A DNA stretch of 64,000 bases from Octopus sinensis (Eukaryota), in contig NC_042999.1 in NCBI RefSeq assembly GCF_006345805.1, forward strand, positions 171,802,001 through 171,866,000, in the 5' to 3' direction. Each line of letters begins with the position of its first letter. Positions within the stretch are counted from its first letter, which is position 1. The notes beneath the pieces are model-generated. The model saw only the letters and a list, made by a program, of their open reading frames with translations, searched no databases and was not told where the DNA came from. The position numbers were made by a program, and so were the translations under genes. Below are positions 12,176-25,695 of the stretch, piece after piece.

Positions 12176-15100
12176 ATGTTCAAGGAAAGGCAGAAGATGG
12201 AATGTATGGGAATTTATTAATCAAGACAATTGTTTCGACACATCTAGCACTGATTCCGCACAGGTGGGACACGACACTTAACAACTGGTTCATGAGCATC
12301 GTGCGATAAACACAACTAGTTAAAATAACATCTCCGTTATCTATCTTCTCATTTCGCTGAAAGAAAATCAGGAAAACGAATGAAATAACTTCATTCATAT
12401 AGATCAAAAATAAAATAACATATTAAAAAAAAACAGAAACGAACAAGCAATACAGTCAGAAAAGTATTAAAATAACCATTAACAGATATTGATTTATAAA
12501 CGCTCACGCGCGTGCTACATGGCCCGTGTGCACTCACTCATACAAGCATTCGCAAAAATGTAAGTATATGCACATCTGAGTTTTCGTGCACTCACTCACA
12601 GTCGCAAAAGTTGAGATAAAATAGCTACATGGTGTTGATAAGAATGGAAAGGCTCAAACTGAACTTAATTCACCCATACATTAAAGTAAATTATGTTAAC
12701 AGCTATCCAAATCCATTCTCACTGCATTGTGCGAAAGTACATTTATATGCGTGTAGGCATCTTGAGTGTCTTTCAGAAATACTATTAATGACCTTCTCAC
12801 ACCCAGAATACTCAGAGATTTCTCGGGGCAGAAACGGTATCTCCTGGAAATTATATTGTATGGTTTTGCGTGCCTTACTATGACCAAGTAATGTCGTACT
12901 TAATTTAATCCTTCTTCAGTCACCATACAAATTCGGCTAAAGATGTTGAATATCTATTCCTGGTTCTCTTAAAGCTGGCGACATGGTTACAATAACGATT
13001 CTTAAGTGAATCAGCCGTCTGTCCAATGTAAACATATGGTCTCTCCCATTGTGTGTACAGTACATTCATATACAAGATTTGTACTCAAACAGAGATTCAT
13101 CAATGGCTATTTTGATTTTCCACTGCGTGAGCATTTAGCTTATTTATTTGTATATATGGTAGTTCCGACTATATACATACTTTCGTAAATACATAGATAC
13201 AAGACACACAAACATACAAAGCGGTGTGTAAGGAATACGAAGCTTTAAGGGGAGAGGTGATTGGTGGTTTTCTGCTGTCCATCACAAAAGCATACTCACC
13301 CTCAGATACACACACATACATATATGTACATGCACACGTACATACATACACATGCCTACTATACACCATTTTAAAATCGTGGTTACATGTACGTTTATAA
13401 ATGTATGTGTGTATGTGTGTGCGTGTGTGTGTAATTGTAATATAAGAATAGTACTGTGTTTCAGTTATTACATGTAAAGAACTAAAAACTATGAACAGAT
13501 CCTATTTTGTTGCTTCTAACTAAAACATTAAATTAAAAATGTATATGTGTTATGATAGATGATTTAAATGTTAGAAATTTCAATGTTAGAAAATTTAAAT
13601 GTGACTTGAAAATAAGATGTAGCTCCTTATTTGGTGTTTCTAGATGTACATATATTTTCTTTACCAGTACGTTGGGCATAAACGAGTTAGATATATATTT
13701 GGATATGGTAGGGAGGGAATTAAGACTAAACAATAATACAAATTAGAAATATAAAAGTCTAGAGTTGCATTCGTGAGTGTAACGAAGTAAATATTAATAT
13801 AATGATAACAAAGTAAAAACTCAAAGTAATATATTTAAAACGTATTATTGTTTAATTATAAACCACTGATAAGTACAAACATACATTATCTAATAATAAT
13901 ATGCATTATTTCTTTGATGATATCATGCTTTTTTTTTTACAGAAACAGATGTCTGGAATAATTGAATATGATGAATAATCCATCATTAACAACAAAATCT
14001 GCTTCAGTTCATTTTATTTGATGACATTTATTGAACTCTGTTTAATGAATTAATTCTTATAATAAGCCTTTGCTTACATATATTCATACGGATATGATAT
14101 GACATTGGAAACCTAGGGAATAATTCCGTTGGTGGGAGAAGTAAAATTTCATCCGGATGTATATATATATATATATATGTGTGTACGTGTGTGTGTGTGT
14201 GTGTGTGTGTTTTATGGTATATTCTGTTAATTATATAGAAGAGTACAGTATAAATCTCGTCCACTTTCAGATTTCACCCAGAGTTATTCAGTAGTAGTAT
14301 TATACGTACTTCAAGGATTGCATCTGGGCTTCTGTCGTGTGTGAATAGATAATAGGAAAAAATTGAAGTCAACAAGAGAATGTACGGTTGGAATTTTATT
14401 TTGAATCGCTACAATTGTTTCATCATTTATACATACATGCAATGAAACGACGTCAAGTAGTTACAAATATCGAAGTAGAGCGTGCTGCTTATTTAATGAA
14501 TGTCTTCGGTTGGAGGGAAGCACAGGCTCAGTTGCGACTTGAACTTAAAAGTAAGGATACGTAAGTAAATACTGCCACGCTGGTATTACAATCGTTGCCT
14601 TGCAATATATTCCACTAAAATGTTTGTCAAGCTAAAACAAAATAACAAAATTTATAATGCTGTTATCTCCTCATTACTTGTCACCGAACTAAATCCACCA
14701 ATATTTTCCTTTACATTTAATAATTATCTCTAGTGACAAATCAAAATTTGGCAACTGTCTTCTAGTCGTAAACTATTGTAGGAATTATATTGTATTTTGA
14801 TGAATGTAACAATATTTTAGGAGTGACGTTTAGTGAGCTAAAATACAACATTAGTTTACGTAAATAGCAGGAGTAAATGTTGAATTTCCTGAATTTACGT
14901 ATAGTCTCCACAGAAGTAAAGCTGATCTAAATAATGCGATGTCAGCAGTGCATCCTGCCAGATCTACGGCTCACATGTCTTCATTCTTCATTCACTATAC
15001 ATCATACATTTAACCGATACCAGATTTCAGATATAGCCACATTATGTGTGCTACGAAATTAAAGAAAAAAATATATAATAAACAGACGAGTTTTCAGTGT

Positions 15101-15277
15101 CTAAATGACATTACTAGCAAAATGGGAGTAAGCTAGCTATGTTCAACATTTCATGTTTGTTTCTCGTTATTTGCACTATTGTGAGATTATCCATATCCTA
15201 GATGATGTCAATTTAAATACCTCAACATAGAAATGTGGTAGTTACTACTACTACTGCTGCTGTCGCTGCTGCTGCTG

Positions 15278-15309
<32 letters not shown>

Positions 15310-16254
15310 GCTGCTGCTGCTGTTGCTGCTACTGCTGCCGTTGTTGTTGTTAAGCAACAAGACGGGTAGGGGTGATTAGGTGATGGTCTAGGGCTTAGCG
15401 GCGGGAGACCCCAGACCTTGGGAAAAAAAAAAAACATTTGTCGTCTTGTAGTCGCGGACTCTTCGTTGACGCCCGGACACCACTGGGAGGTGGCCCTCGA
15501 AGTAGCTGGAAATGGAGATCTCCAGGTCCAAATTCTTGGACGGCTGCTGCTGCTGCAGTTGCCGATGCTGCTTCCACTGCCACTGCAGCTGTTACTATTA
15601 CTTGTGCTGCCTAAAAACAATAATCTTTGTAAAGGATGACCACAGGTTGAAAGAAAGAGAAAGATAATAACTATGTGACAGATAATTACAACTATATGAA
15701 TTTAAACATCGCGGTGAAAAGTCAAACAAATATAACGATACTCGAAATATAACTGAAAATAAAACTTAAGTGGTATGCAAGTAATTTTGCGAATGCTCAT
15801 TGTAAAAGAGAAAGATCGAAAGATAAGATGCAGATAGCAAAGAAACGGTAAACGTGACATCGAGGTTCCATAAAACAATTTGTTCCCTTGCTTAAGGAAA
15901 TTGTATTGCTTAAGGAAAAATTACGACAGAAAGACGAGCCGGCCTGTAAATATAGCACTTGCACTTTCATTGTCATACAGCTAAGCTAAATACATAGCAT
16001 AGCATTAAATGTGGCGTTAAAGAGAAAACTGTGTAGCTTTTAAATTTTCATCGCAAAATATGACGGTTCATGAAAGAAGTTAACGAATTTTACGAATTTT
16101 ACGAAGCAACAGCCAATAATGCACGCTCGGTGTAAATTTTCAAGATCTTATGCCTTTAAAATCAAGATATTCAGTTCAAAGTTGCTCCAAACCTCAGATG
16201 CAGTGAAGCTAACCTAGCAGGGTAAACATACTAATTGTTACATTTAAATATGTT

Positions 16255-16325
<71 letters not shown>

Positions 16326-16404
16326 ATGTGTGTGGTGTGTGTGTGTGTAAATATACATACATGTATATATAGTATATATATATATATATATAATATATAT
16401 ATAT

Positions 16405-16435
<31 letters not shown>

Positions 16436-16451
16436 ATATATATATTATATA

Positions 16452-17703
16452 TAGGGTTGTCCGGAAAGTTCATGCTAATTTATAGTAGCTTACCTTTCGA
16501 CTTATTTTAGAACATGTTTGAGTCCATAAAATAAGATTTGACTACACTTCCATTTACAGCACAGTTTAAGCTAACGTTTCGTCGCAGAAGGTTTATGTCC
16601 CTATAACCTGTGTTAATTCTGTAGCCCTTTAAAATAGAAAATTAGAAAGTTCGTTTTCGGCACTTGATACTTTTTTTTCCGTAAAGGAAAAAATGCCTTA
16701 CAAGAAACCAAAGAAATATGCACAGTTTACGGTGATGTTTCTTTATCCGAAAGAACTGTACGGAAGTGGTTCGCAAGGTTCCGAGCTGGAGATTTTAGCC
16801 TTATTGACAAAGAGCGATCAGACAGACCATCCACTACAGATGAAGACCAAATCAAGTTATTAATTGAGAATAACCCACATTGCACAACCGAGAATTGGCA
16901 GAAAGCCTCAGCCTATCAAACTCCGTCGTTCATGAGCACCTGGTAAAGATGGGTACACAAATCTCTACGATGTTTGGGTACCACATGAGTTCAGTGAGGA
17001 TCGCATTTCTATCAGTGATTCGCTGTATAAACGTAAGGAAAACATACCCTTTTTAAAGCAAATTGTGAAAGATGATGAGAAATGGATTATCAACCGAAAT
17101 GTTCAGAGAAAGCGATCCCGGATTAAGCGACATGCGGTACCCCAAAAGCAGGTCTTCACCCTAAAAAAGTCTTGCTCTGTGTCTGGTGGGATTGGAAAGG
17201 AATTCTGTATTATGAGCTTCTCCCAAGTAACCAGACAATTAATTCTGAGAAATACTTCACACAATTGGACGAGTTAAAAGCAGCAGTTCAAGAGAAACGT
17301 CCAGAATTGGCCAACAGGAAGGGTGTTGTTTTCCAACATGATAATGCAAGACTGCACGTATCTTTGGGAACCAGGCAAGAATTGGTGCAGCTCGGCTGGG
17401 ATGTGTTACACCAACCTCGATATTCACCAGATATTGCTCCTTCGGATTTCCACTTATTCAGGTCCATGCAGAATAGTCTTAATGGTACAAATTTCAATTC
17501 CTTGGCTGATGTAAAAAGATACCTGGATGAATTATTTGCCATGAAACCACTTCAATTCTGGGAAGAGGGTATTTTCAAGTTAAAGGAAAGATGGAGACGC
17601 ATTGTGCAACAAAATGTTTCATATTTAATAATTAAAAATGTAATGGCAAGTATTTATTGACCTTTTTCTTTCCTTTAAAGTCGGCATGAAATTTCCGGAA
17701 AAC

Positions 17704-17708
<5 letters not shown>
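16452..17708 (+). mobile_element. Full-length (~1.26 kb) mariner transposon inserted in a (TA)n tract
   Basis: Left TIR TAGGGTTGTCCGGAAAGTTCATGC vs reverse complement of right end TTGGGTTTTCCGGAAATTTCATGC. TA repeats on both flanks. Confidence 0.93.
16634..17660 (+). pseudogene. Mariner DD34D transposase pseudogene
   Basis: HTH region RFRHLILFF..SERTVRKWFARFRAGDF, then WVPHEF, DDEKWI, LCVWWDWKG, HDNARLH and YSPDIAPSDFHLF, with 34 residues between the 2nd and 3rd Asp. The start codon appears decayed (ATA) with an early TAG and frameshifts; 17172-17660 is open. Confidence 0.93.
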
Positions 17709-17798
<90 letters not shown>

Positions 17799-17812
17799 TT
17801 GTCTGTATATAT

Positions 17813-17855
<43 letters not shown>

Positions 17856-17892
17856 TATGTATATATATGTATATATATCTATGTGTGTGTTG

Positions 17893-17924
<32 letters not shown>

Positions 17925-19561
17925 TATTTCAAATATTCCTTTTTTTTCTCACACATTAACTTAGGTAGGATGAACTATGTAAAATGTTAGAGAAATAATT
18001 TTTTTCCAGGTGCCATTAAAATACTATTGCAGACTGCCACTCCCCACCAACCAATTTTCTATTTTGCTGCATGGACCCCAAAAGATCTTTTATGGACTAT
18101 CGGGGCCATATGAAACCTAGTTGAGAACCACTGCTCTGAAACAAGTGACCGGTAGGAAGTAGTAATGGAAACACCATAGTAACAAACCAGTACTGGGAGA
18201 TACGAACGAGTACGAAAGACGATTTGGAGTTGCGATGAACTAATCAGTAGCAACATTAATGCCATTAACTTAATCACAAACGGCTACTATTGTTAATACA
18301 GTCACCACCAACATAAAACATAAAACATAAAACACCCAAGAATACATTATTTCACACACACACGCACACGCATATCCCACTTGCACACACATGCACACAT
18401 TACATACGCTCACACACACAATTAATACACAATGCACATACTCGTGCCAAAAATCTGAGCTCAGCCGTCCAACTCCAACAAAAATAAATTATTAATTAAA
18501 GGATCATTTACATAAACAACAAAATATTAATGAAGCGCACCAACCAGGAAGACAGACATACGATATGTACATCACATTTAAAATGAAAAGAGCGAAGCAC
18601 CTCACCATAGTGAGTCATTGAAATATGAGAGTGCACTGTTTTCAGAAAGAAAGTCTCTACGGGTGGGAATATGAACAAGAAATATAGAAAGATTTACTGG
18701 TGAATATATCTGCAACTAACCAGATGGCAGAATATGTTCACCACAGAAATGGAAAGGGAGACTTCCTCACCTCCTTCTGTTTGAAATGGAGTTAATCAGA
18801 ATTGTCAGTGTGAATGCAAATTGGCCTGAGTTTGCCATGGAAGCAACAAGGCAGATTGCTTGCTAAATTATCTCATGCATGAAATATAAATATGATGACG
18901 AACAAAGAAACTTGAATTTCCAAATAACTAGACTTCGCACATCTTCGAAGGCTGCGTGGTGTATACATCTCCAAGCCTTCCGATATCTTCAGATGGCCTT
19001 GCCGTGCTTTCTGATTTAGGTTTACAATTCACGTAACTATATCTTCTGTCTAGAAAGTAAGCTACTTGCACTGAATATGGTCAATAGCGAAGGACATGTT
19101 TCAAGCTAGTAGTAATTTAAGCATTGGCTGAGCCAATACTCAAGGCGACATGATTTCCTATAATGGTTCCCAAGAATCTTTTGCTCTCTCGTGGAAGATT
19201 GCACTGGCGTATCGGGTGAACGATGACACTGTATGGGTTACCCGACTGTTGTACTGAGATAACAGTAGTGACTGATGTGTCATGCTTCTCTTGGTTTTAT
19301 CTGCTAGAATGAACATGGCTAAAAAGAGTTTACATGTTAATGTTAATTAGAATGGAGTATATATTTGTGTGTGTGTCAAAATAGTTTGGTTCAAATTCGT
19401 TGGTACTCTTCAGTTTCAAATTCGTTGGTACTCTTCAATTGGATGCTACTCGTCAGCCATCCAATTCAAAATGGCTGACCACTAGCATTGTCCACTTACT
19501 ATATATATATGTATATATATATACAGAAACAGAGAGAGACAGACAGGCAAACAGACAGACC

Positions 19562-19800
19562 TATGAGGTCTGACTGAAAAGGCGTGGAGGCAATCAAGAG
19601 GGCTGTAGCGACGGAGCTGAGAGGCATCCCAGATGAATCCTTCCAGCAATGCATAAAAGCGTGACAGAGAAGGATGGGAAAGTGCATTAGACTAGAGTGG
19701 AATTACTTTGAAGGTGAAAGGACGAAGATTGTAGTTTTAAACTGAACTGAAATAAACTGTTTCTGATACCAATGCTGTTACTTGTCAGACAGACTTCATA
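19562..19800 (+). mobile_element. Internally deleted non-autonomous mariner (239 bp)
   Basis: TIRs TATGAGGTCTGACTGAAAAG vs reverse complement TATGAAGTCTGTCTGACAAG. The interior encodes a transposase C-terminus VEAIKRAVATELRGIPDESFQQCIKA*QRRMGKCIRLEWNYFEGE. Confidence 0.82.
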
Positions 19801-22688
19801 TACAGACAGACACACACACTTAATATACATCCATACATATGGATGTATATATCTCCTTTCATTTAGATGTTGAATAATACTTATGTTTTGTAATTTAATA
19901 GAAATAAGTGTATGTTGTGTTTTACTCAATGTTTTGCATTGTAAAGGTAATTAATGTACACATATGATTCTAGTTCTTAGCTTTGGGAATTTTACAAATA
20001 TTCCCCACACTATTATTTTGTCGCTTTCTTGAAAATGAATATATTCTTTATATAAAAAGGAAAACTGAATGTCACATTAACGTCACTGGCAAAACTATTC
20101 GGCTTTCAGTGAGGTGTCGATATCTAGACAGGTCGTGGATGTGTTTGTGAAGGGAATATTAGGAAAGAACAAAAAAGTAACTGATTACAAAAATCCCTGT
20201 TGCCCTACTCGACCTGTTGACACATATCTATCATATAAAATATTATGAAAGATATATCACCAAAGCGCGATGAGAATTTGGTGTCCTTTACTTGAGCCGG
20301 CGACAGAGCACAAAATAATATTAACAACATCAATAAATCATTAAAAGTAGAGCCATAAAGATATTAGAACGAATATGGTGGAAATATTTTGAACGGGTAG
20401 TTACTGAAAGGCATCTATAAAACATTTTCTCTGAACAATACATAAGAAAATAACAATTGTTTGTTTTTCTCTCAAATTCCTGTGTAAATATACGTACAAT
20501 ATATAATATATAAGACATGCATACATGTATATATATAAATATATATATATATGTGTATATATGTATATATATATGTATAGATATACTTACATACATATGC
20601 AAATACATGCATATATATATATACACAAACACACACACACACATATATATATTTATATATATTATATACATGTATGTAGGTATAGAGATATACACACATA
20701 TACATATATTTGTGTGTCTGTTTATACATACATGCATACAAAACTATATTGATATATATGTGCATATATACATATAAGCACATACATATATATATATGTG
20801 TGTGTGTATGTGTAAGAGTGTGGGGGCACGGCTGTGTATAGAGAGGGGTTTTTGCGTCTGAGAATTTTTGCGATAAAGCTTTTCTAATAAGATTAGTTGT
20901 TATTAATTTTCTTGCAGTGTATATTCTATCTTCAATTACATAAATATCCCATACAATATATCGTATACTTCGTAAGAAATCGTGTAATTATATTATCCAA
21001 ACAATGTGATATTAATAAAAAAAAAAGATCCCTTGTGTCATCTGCCAAATATATTATTCAAAAGTATTGTTTTTCCGTCAGTTTTATAGAATTACTTAAT
21101 CACAAGATTTGTTTTGGGATATTATGTATTTTCTCAGATTGCCAGTTCGAAATTGCAGATCCTTGCTGTTGGTACATATAATATTCTTTCACTCCATTCA
21201 GTGAGGAAATAGCAGAAAATAATCGTCATATTCTAACTACTTTGCCACTAAAAGTATTCAAAACCGACGAATACTTCTCAGTTAAATAGTGAGTGCCACG
21301 GGATACACTTGCGATTTAAATCCAGTTGTGATCTAATCTACGAATTACTACAATTGCATACACTGCTATGACATCTATAACCTTATATCTCATTAGGAAT
21401 CCTCTGTCGCTATATAACATCAAATTTAGTAATTTTAGTAACAATCTATATATAACCAAACGTAGAAGTTATGAAATTTCAGTTCAAGATAATGCGAAAT
21501 ATGTGTCATTGCATACTGAAAAGAGTATTCCCGTAGCATTCTTTTCAATACTCTAGATGACTTTAGGAATATTATTTGGAATACTATTGTACTATTTAGC
21601 TTATACTCTAGGTTGTATATACTACTGGTTTAGTCATTTCTCGAAAGACCGACGATCAGAAATAGGTCAAATTTCTTCCTCTCGCGTACGTCATACTTTA
21701 AATCATCCGACTTTGACCTCAGTGTCATGTTCAACGCTTTCAAATTTTTATTTCACTTGAAAACACTGTTGGCAAATATGGTAAAGTTCGATATGACAGT
21801 CAGTATCATCTCTCTTCATATGTCAGTCAGTATCATCCCTACCATATACGAAAACCTGTCTGAAGATACCACGTCAAGTATCATACTACACGTAAGCAAA
21901 TTTATGACATTTCCCCCAGATTGTGTGTGTGTGTGTATGTGTGTATGTGTGTGTGTGTGTATGTGTGTGTGTATGTGTGTGTGTGTGTATGTGTTAATGT
22001 CAGTGTCTATTCCTGTATGTAGACATAAGTAGGTGTGTCCTTGCTACGAGCTGATAGATATAAATACCTAATGAGACACTGAACAAATCGAGATTGTTTT
22101 GAGCTGAAGAGAATTTATAAATTAACTTTGTCGCATCGAATTTAGTCACGGCAAACCGGTATTACACATAATAAAATATCTGAATGCATGAACAATGATT
22201 TTGAAAATTATCAATGAAGTTTACTGATAAATTTCTTTAAAGCGTATGCCATGAGCTGGTTAAATATACTCCTTAAAGTACATGTTGACAAGGTTAAGCA
22301 GTAAATTTCTTAAGATATCTGTCGTCTAGAAAGTTGAATGCTTTTAAAAGAACCTGTTTTTAAACACACTATATTTAGTCGAAATATATAACAGTGTATT
22401 GATTATAGATGAGTCAAAGACGATCGAGTGCTGTCTGCACGAGATTTAATTTGGTCTCCTTTCATCAAATAATATACAGTTACATACATATATAAATACA
22501 CAGAAACACACATCACATAACACACATACACATATACACCTATATATGTATGCGCTTATGTCTATGTATGCATATAGATATGTATATATTTATATATATA
22601 TATATATATGTATGTATGAATGTATGTATGTATATATATATATATATGTATGTATGAATGTATGTATGTATGTATGCATGTATATATG

Positions 22689-22758
<70 letters not shown>

Positions 22759-23899
22759 ACAGAGTGAGATGGAGATAAATCGATACATACACACACACAT
22801 ATATATGAATGTGTGTGTGCGCAAACATGCACTTAATAATACGAACTACTGTTATATAATGAAATTCATTCGAATTTCTTTTACTAAATTATATCAGAAC
22901 GCCTGAATAATGACAGCAAGACATCATTTCTTGAATTTTAATGCAGAGTCACAATCTGTTCATGCCAGAACCATTGAACTACATTGTTCATTTCTTCCAT
23001 ATTTAGCTGAAATTGAGATAAAGACACTTGCAGATGCTGACCATTATAATTTCTATCATTGGGTATGAATTTCATAACTGCACCAGGGTGTAATTAGACA
23101 TATGAATAGACAGGTTGGCGTAGATGCATCACCGCACAATGCCTGCCAGTTTTTGTTGTTGTTGTAGTGAATGCAGATTCCGCTATATATCTATAGAAAA
23201 CAATGCACAGTAACTTAATTATTTTCAACGCAATAGAGGTGATAGAACTTCGCCAAATAACTGAAATGAAACCCCGGCTTGCCGTAAACGTAATTTTGCT
23301 TTTCGACATTTGTCATTGACATTGGATGTCTAATATTGATTTCTATTAAAATAACAATTTGTCTAAAATGACACTTTAAGACATATAAATGGAAAATACA
23401 AGCAAAGCGAGTTTCACCATACACTCCTATTATGTTTTACATTTCCTGTTACTGCAATGTCTATGAAATTGTACATGTATTAAATAGATAGCAATGATAT
23501 TAATAGTAAATGTGGTGGCACTGGAGAAATAGGTAGAAATAAGCCTCCGTGCTTTTGGTATTTAGCCAGGCCTCTTTCTTTCTTGAGGTCATATCTTGTC
23601 GACATATCTATTTATCTTCCCAAGATGGATATTTTTTTCACTTTATTACATTGTAGAATGCAGAGTAAGTATTTCCGCTGGGGTTATAACTTTCTCTATT
23701 TTTCTTAAATTCATCTTAATCATATTGTTTTCTCATATATCGATTTACTTTACTTCGTAAAATGTTGACAGGTGTAAATTTATTCTGCTTTTCCATCGCT
23801 GTCCTACGACTCAAATCCATATATCTAATTACGATATAGTGATATAGTATTTTCTTCGACACTATTCGTTAATTTTGTGACGTTTAACTATATTTAGAC

Positions 23900-24050
23900 A
23901 ATACAAGAACCTATGGGGAGGACAACTTCCCTTACCAGACACTGCATTAGAATCAGCAGACACTTTTATTTTCCGTTTTTGTCTTATGTTTAGAATTTTG
24001 TTATGAAATACGTATCGTCTCTGACGACGGACAAATATTTGTTAAAAACA
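23900..24050 (+). mobile_element. Decayed Penelope-like 3' terminus with a degenerate hammerhead-like motif
   Basis: CGTCT-CTGACGA-CGGACAAATATTTGTT-AAAAACAG resembles the motifs at 31017 and 32610. Confidence 0.4.
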
Positions 24051-24143
24051 GACCTAACATCTACGGCTTTAAAGTAGATTCATTGTTAAATAAATGAACT
24101 ATAGTATTTCATACCAAAAGTTAGCCTGTTGTAAACGTAGCAG

Positions 24144-24235
<92 letters not shown>

Positions 24236-24301
24236 ACCGCGTGTGTACCGTTGACGATTTTTTTCTCTGTCTTCCCTTCTCTGGATCTTTCCTTCTCCTA
24301 T

Positions 24302-24336
24302 GTTTCCGACGAAGAGCTCTGCTCGAAACGTTAAAC
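24302..24336 (+). ncRNA. Minimal type I hammerhead-ribozyme-like motif (Penelope-type)
   Basis: GTTT-CCGACGA-A-GAGC(TCT)GCTC-GAA-ACGT-T-AAAC: stem I GTTT/AAAC, stem II GAGC/GCTC, palindromic stem III ACGT. The core reads CCGACGA rather than CUGAnGA. Confidence 0.65.
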
Positions 24337-24454
24337 CCTCCTTCTTTCCTTCTTTCCTGAGCGTCTAATAATATTATATTTGTTCCACGTCCTCGCGTTG
24401 TTGTGTTTTTTTTTGTGCTTTCTTGTACAGGACGGACTTCTTTTATTTTGTGTC

Positions 24455-24590
24455 TAACAAATCCACTCCAAGGGATTTGCTCGACCGGATCCTATAGTAA
24501 AAGGTATTTACCGAAGGTGCCACGCAGTGACACTGAGCCTGGAACCATGTGGTTAGGCAGGGAGGTTCTTACCACACCGCCAAACCTACG
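24455..24590 (-). mobile_element. 5' (tRNA-like) half of a family-1 SINE
   Basis: Reverse complement matches the head of the 5817 SINE (GTGTGGTAAG..CACATGGTTCC..CACTGCGTGGCA..GAGTGGATTTG). Confidence 0.75.
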
Positions 24591-25020
24591 ACTATATTAT
24601 AATCTCTAACGTTATTTCATTATTACTTCTTTGTGTATTGTTATTCTTCCGTTTCATTTTCGATTTTTATTCGAACATTCTACCATTATCCTTCAACTGC
24701 AAATGCAACATCTTTGACGATGTAAATCGATCAAAGCTGACTCTTGTAAGAATTTTTTAAATATTATAATTGAAAATATCAGGGAATTTTTCCTACTTTT
24801 ATTCTTTGTTCATCCGTTTTCGCTCAAAGCGTGATAACATGTCTTTCCGGTTAAATACAGGATCTAAATCTTGAGCTTCGGTATTACACGCAAGGAAATC
24901 AAATTCCTTGATTAAGGACAGCAATGAATGGAGAATCATTGCATCCGAATGCATTTTTGATTTTTATTGAATCACTTCTGTTCGTCAAAGGGTAGCGATT
25001 GTGAGAAAATCTTTTCAAAA

Positions 25021-25258
<238 letters not shown>

Positions 25259-25295
25259 ACCATATATATATATATATATAATATATATATATATA

Positions 25296-25650
25296 CTAGC
25301 TAAAGGTGACCCGCTCTACGCGCATGTAAGAGTGTGGTTGTTACTTTCTGTTGCTTCCTTTCAGCACGTAAAAAGCACCATCCGAACGTGGCCGATTGCA
25401 GCGCCGCTTTGACTGGCTTCTGTGCCGGTGGCACGTAAAAAGCACCAACCGATCGTGACCGCTGCCAGCACACCTGGCACCTGTGCCGGCGGCACGAAAA
25501 TAGCACCCACTACACTCACAGATTCGCTTGCGTTAGGAAGGTCATCCACCTGTAGATGAGACTGGAGCCTGGTGCAGTCCCTGGCTTCCCAGACCCCGGT
25601 CAAACTGTCCAACCCGTCCTAGCACGGAAAACGTACGTTAAACGATGATG

Positions 25651-25695
<45 letters not shown>

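Noticed and set aside
18697-18742. Short hairpin GGTGAATATATCTGC..GCAGAATATGTTCACC
   Set aside because: At about 45 nt it is too short for a pre-miRNA, and the flanks do not extend the stem.
19389-19440. Direct repeat TTCAAATTCGTTGGTACTCTTCA x2
   Set aside because: Simple local tandem duplication with no spacers; not CRISPR-like.
23560-23720. Minus-strand KVITPAEI..HLGKINRYVDKI resembling a Naiad RT N-terminal segment
   Set aside because: Too degenerate to call by eye.
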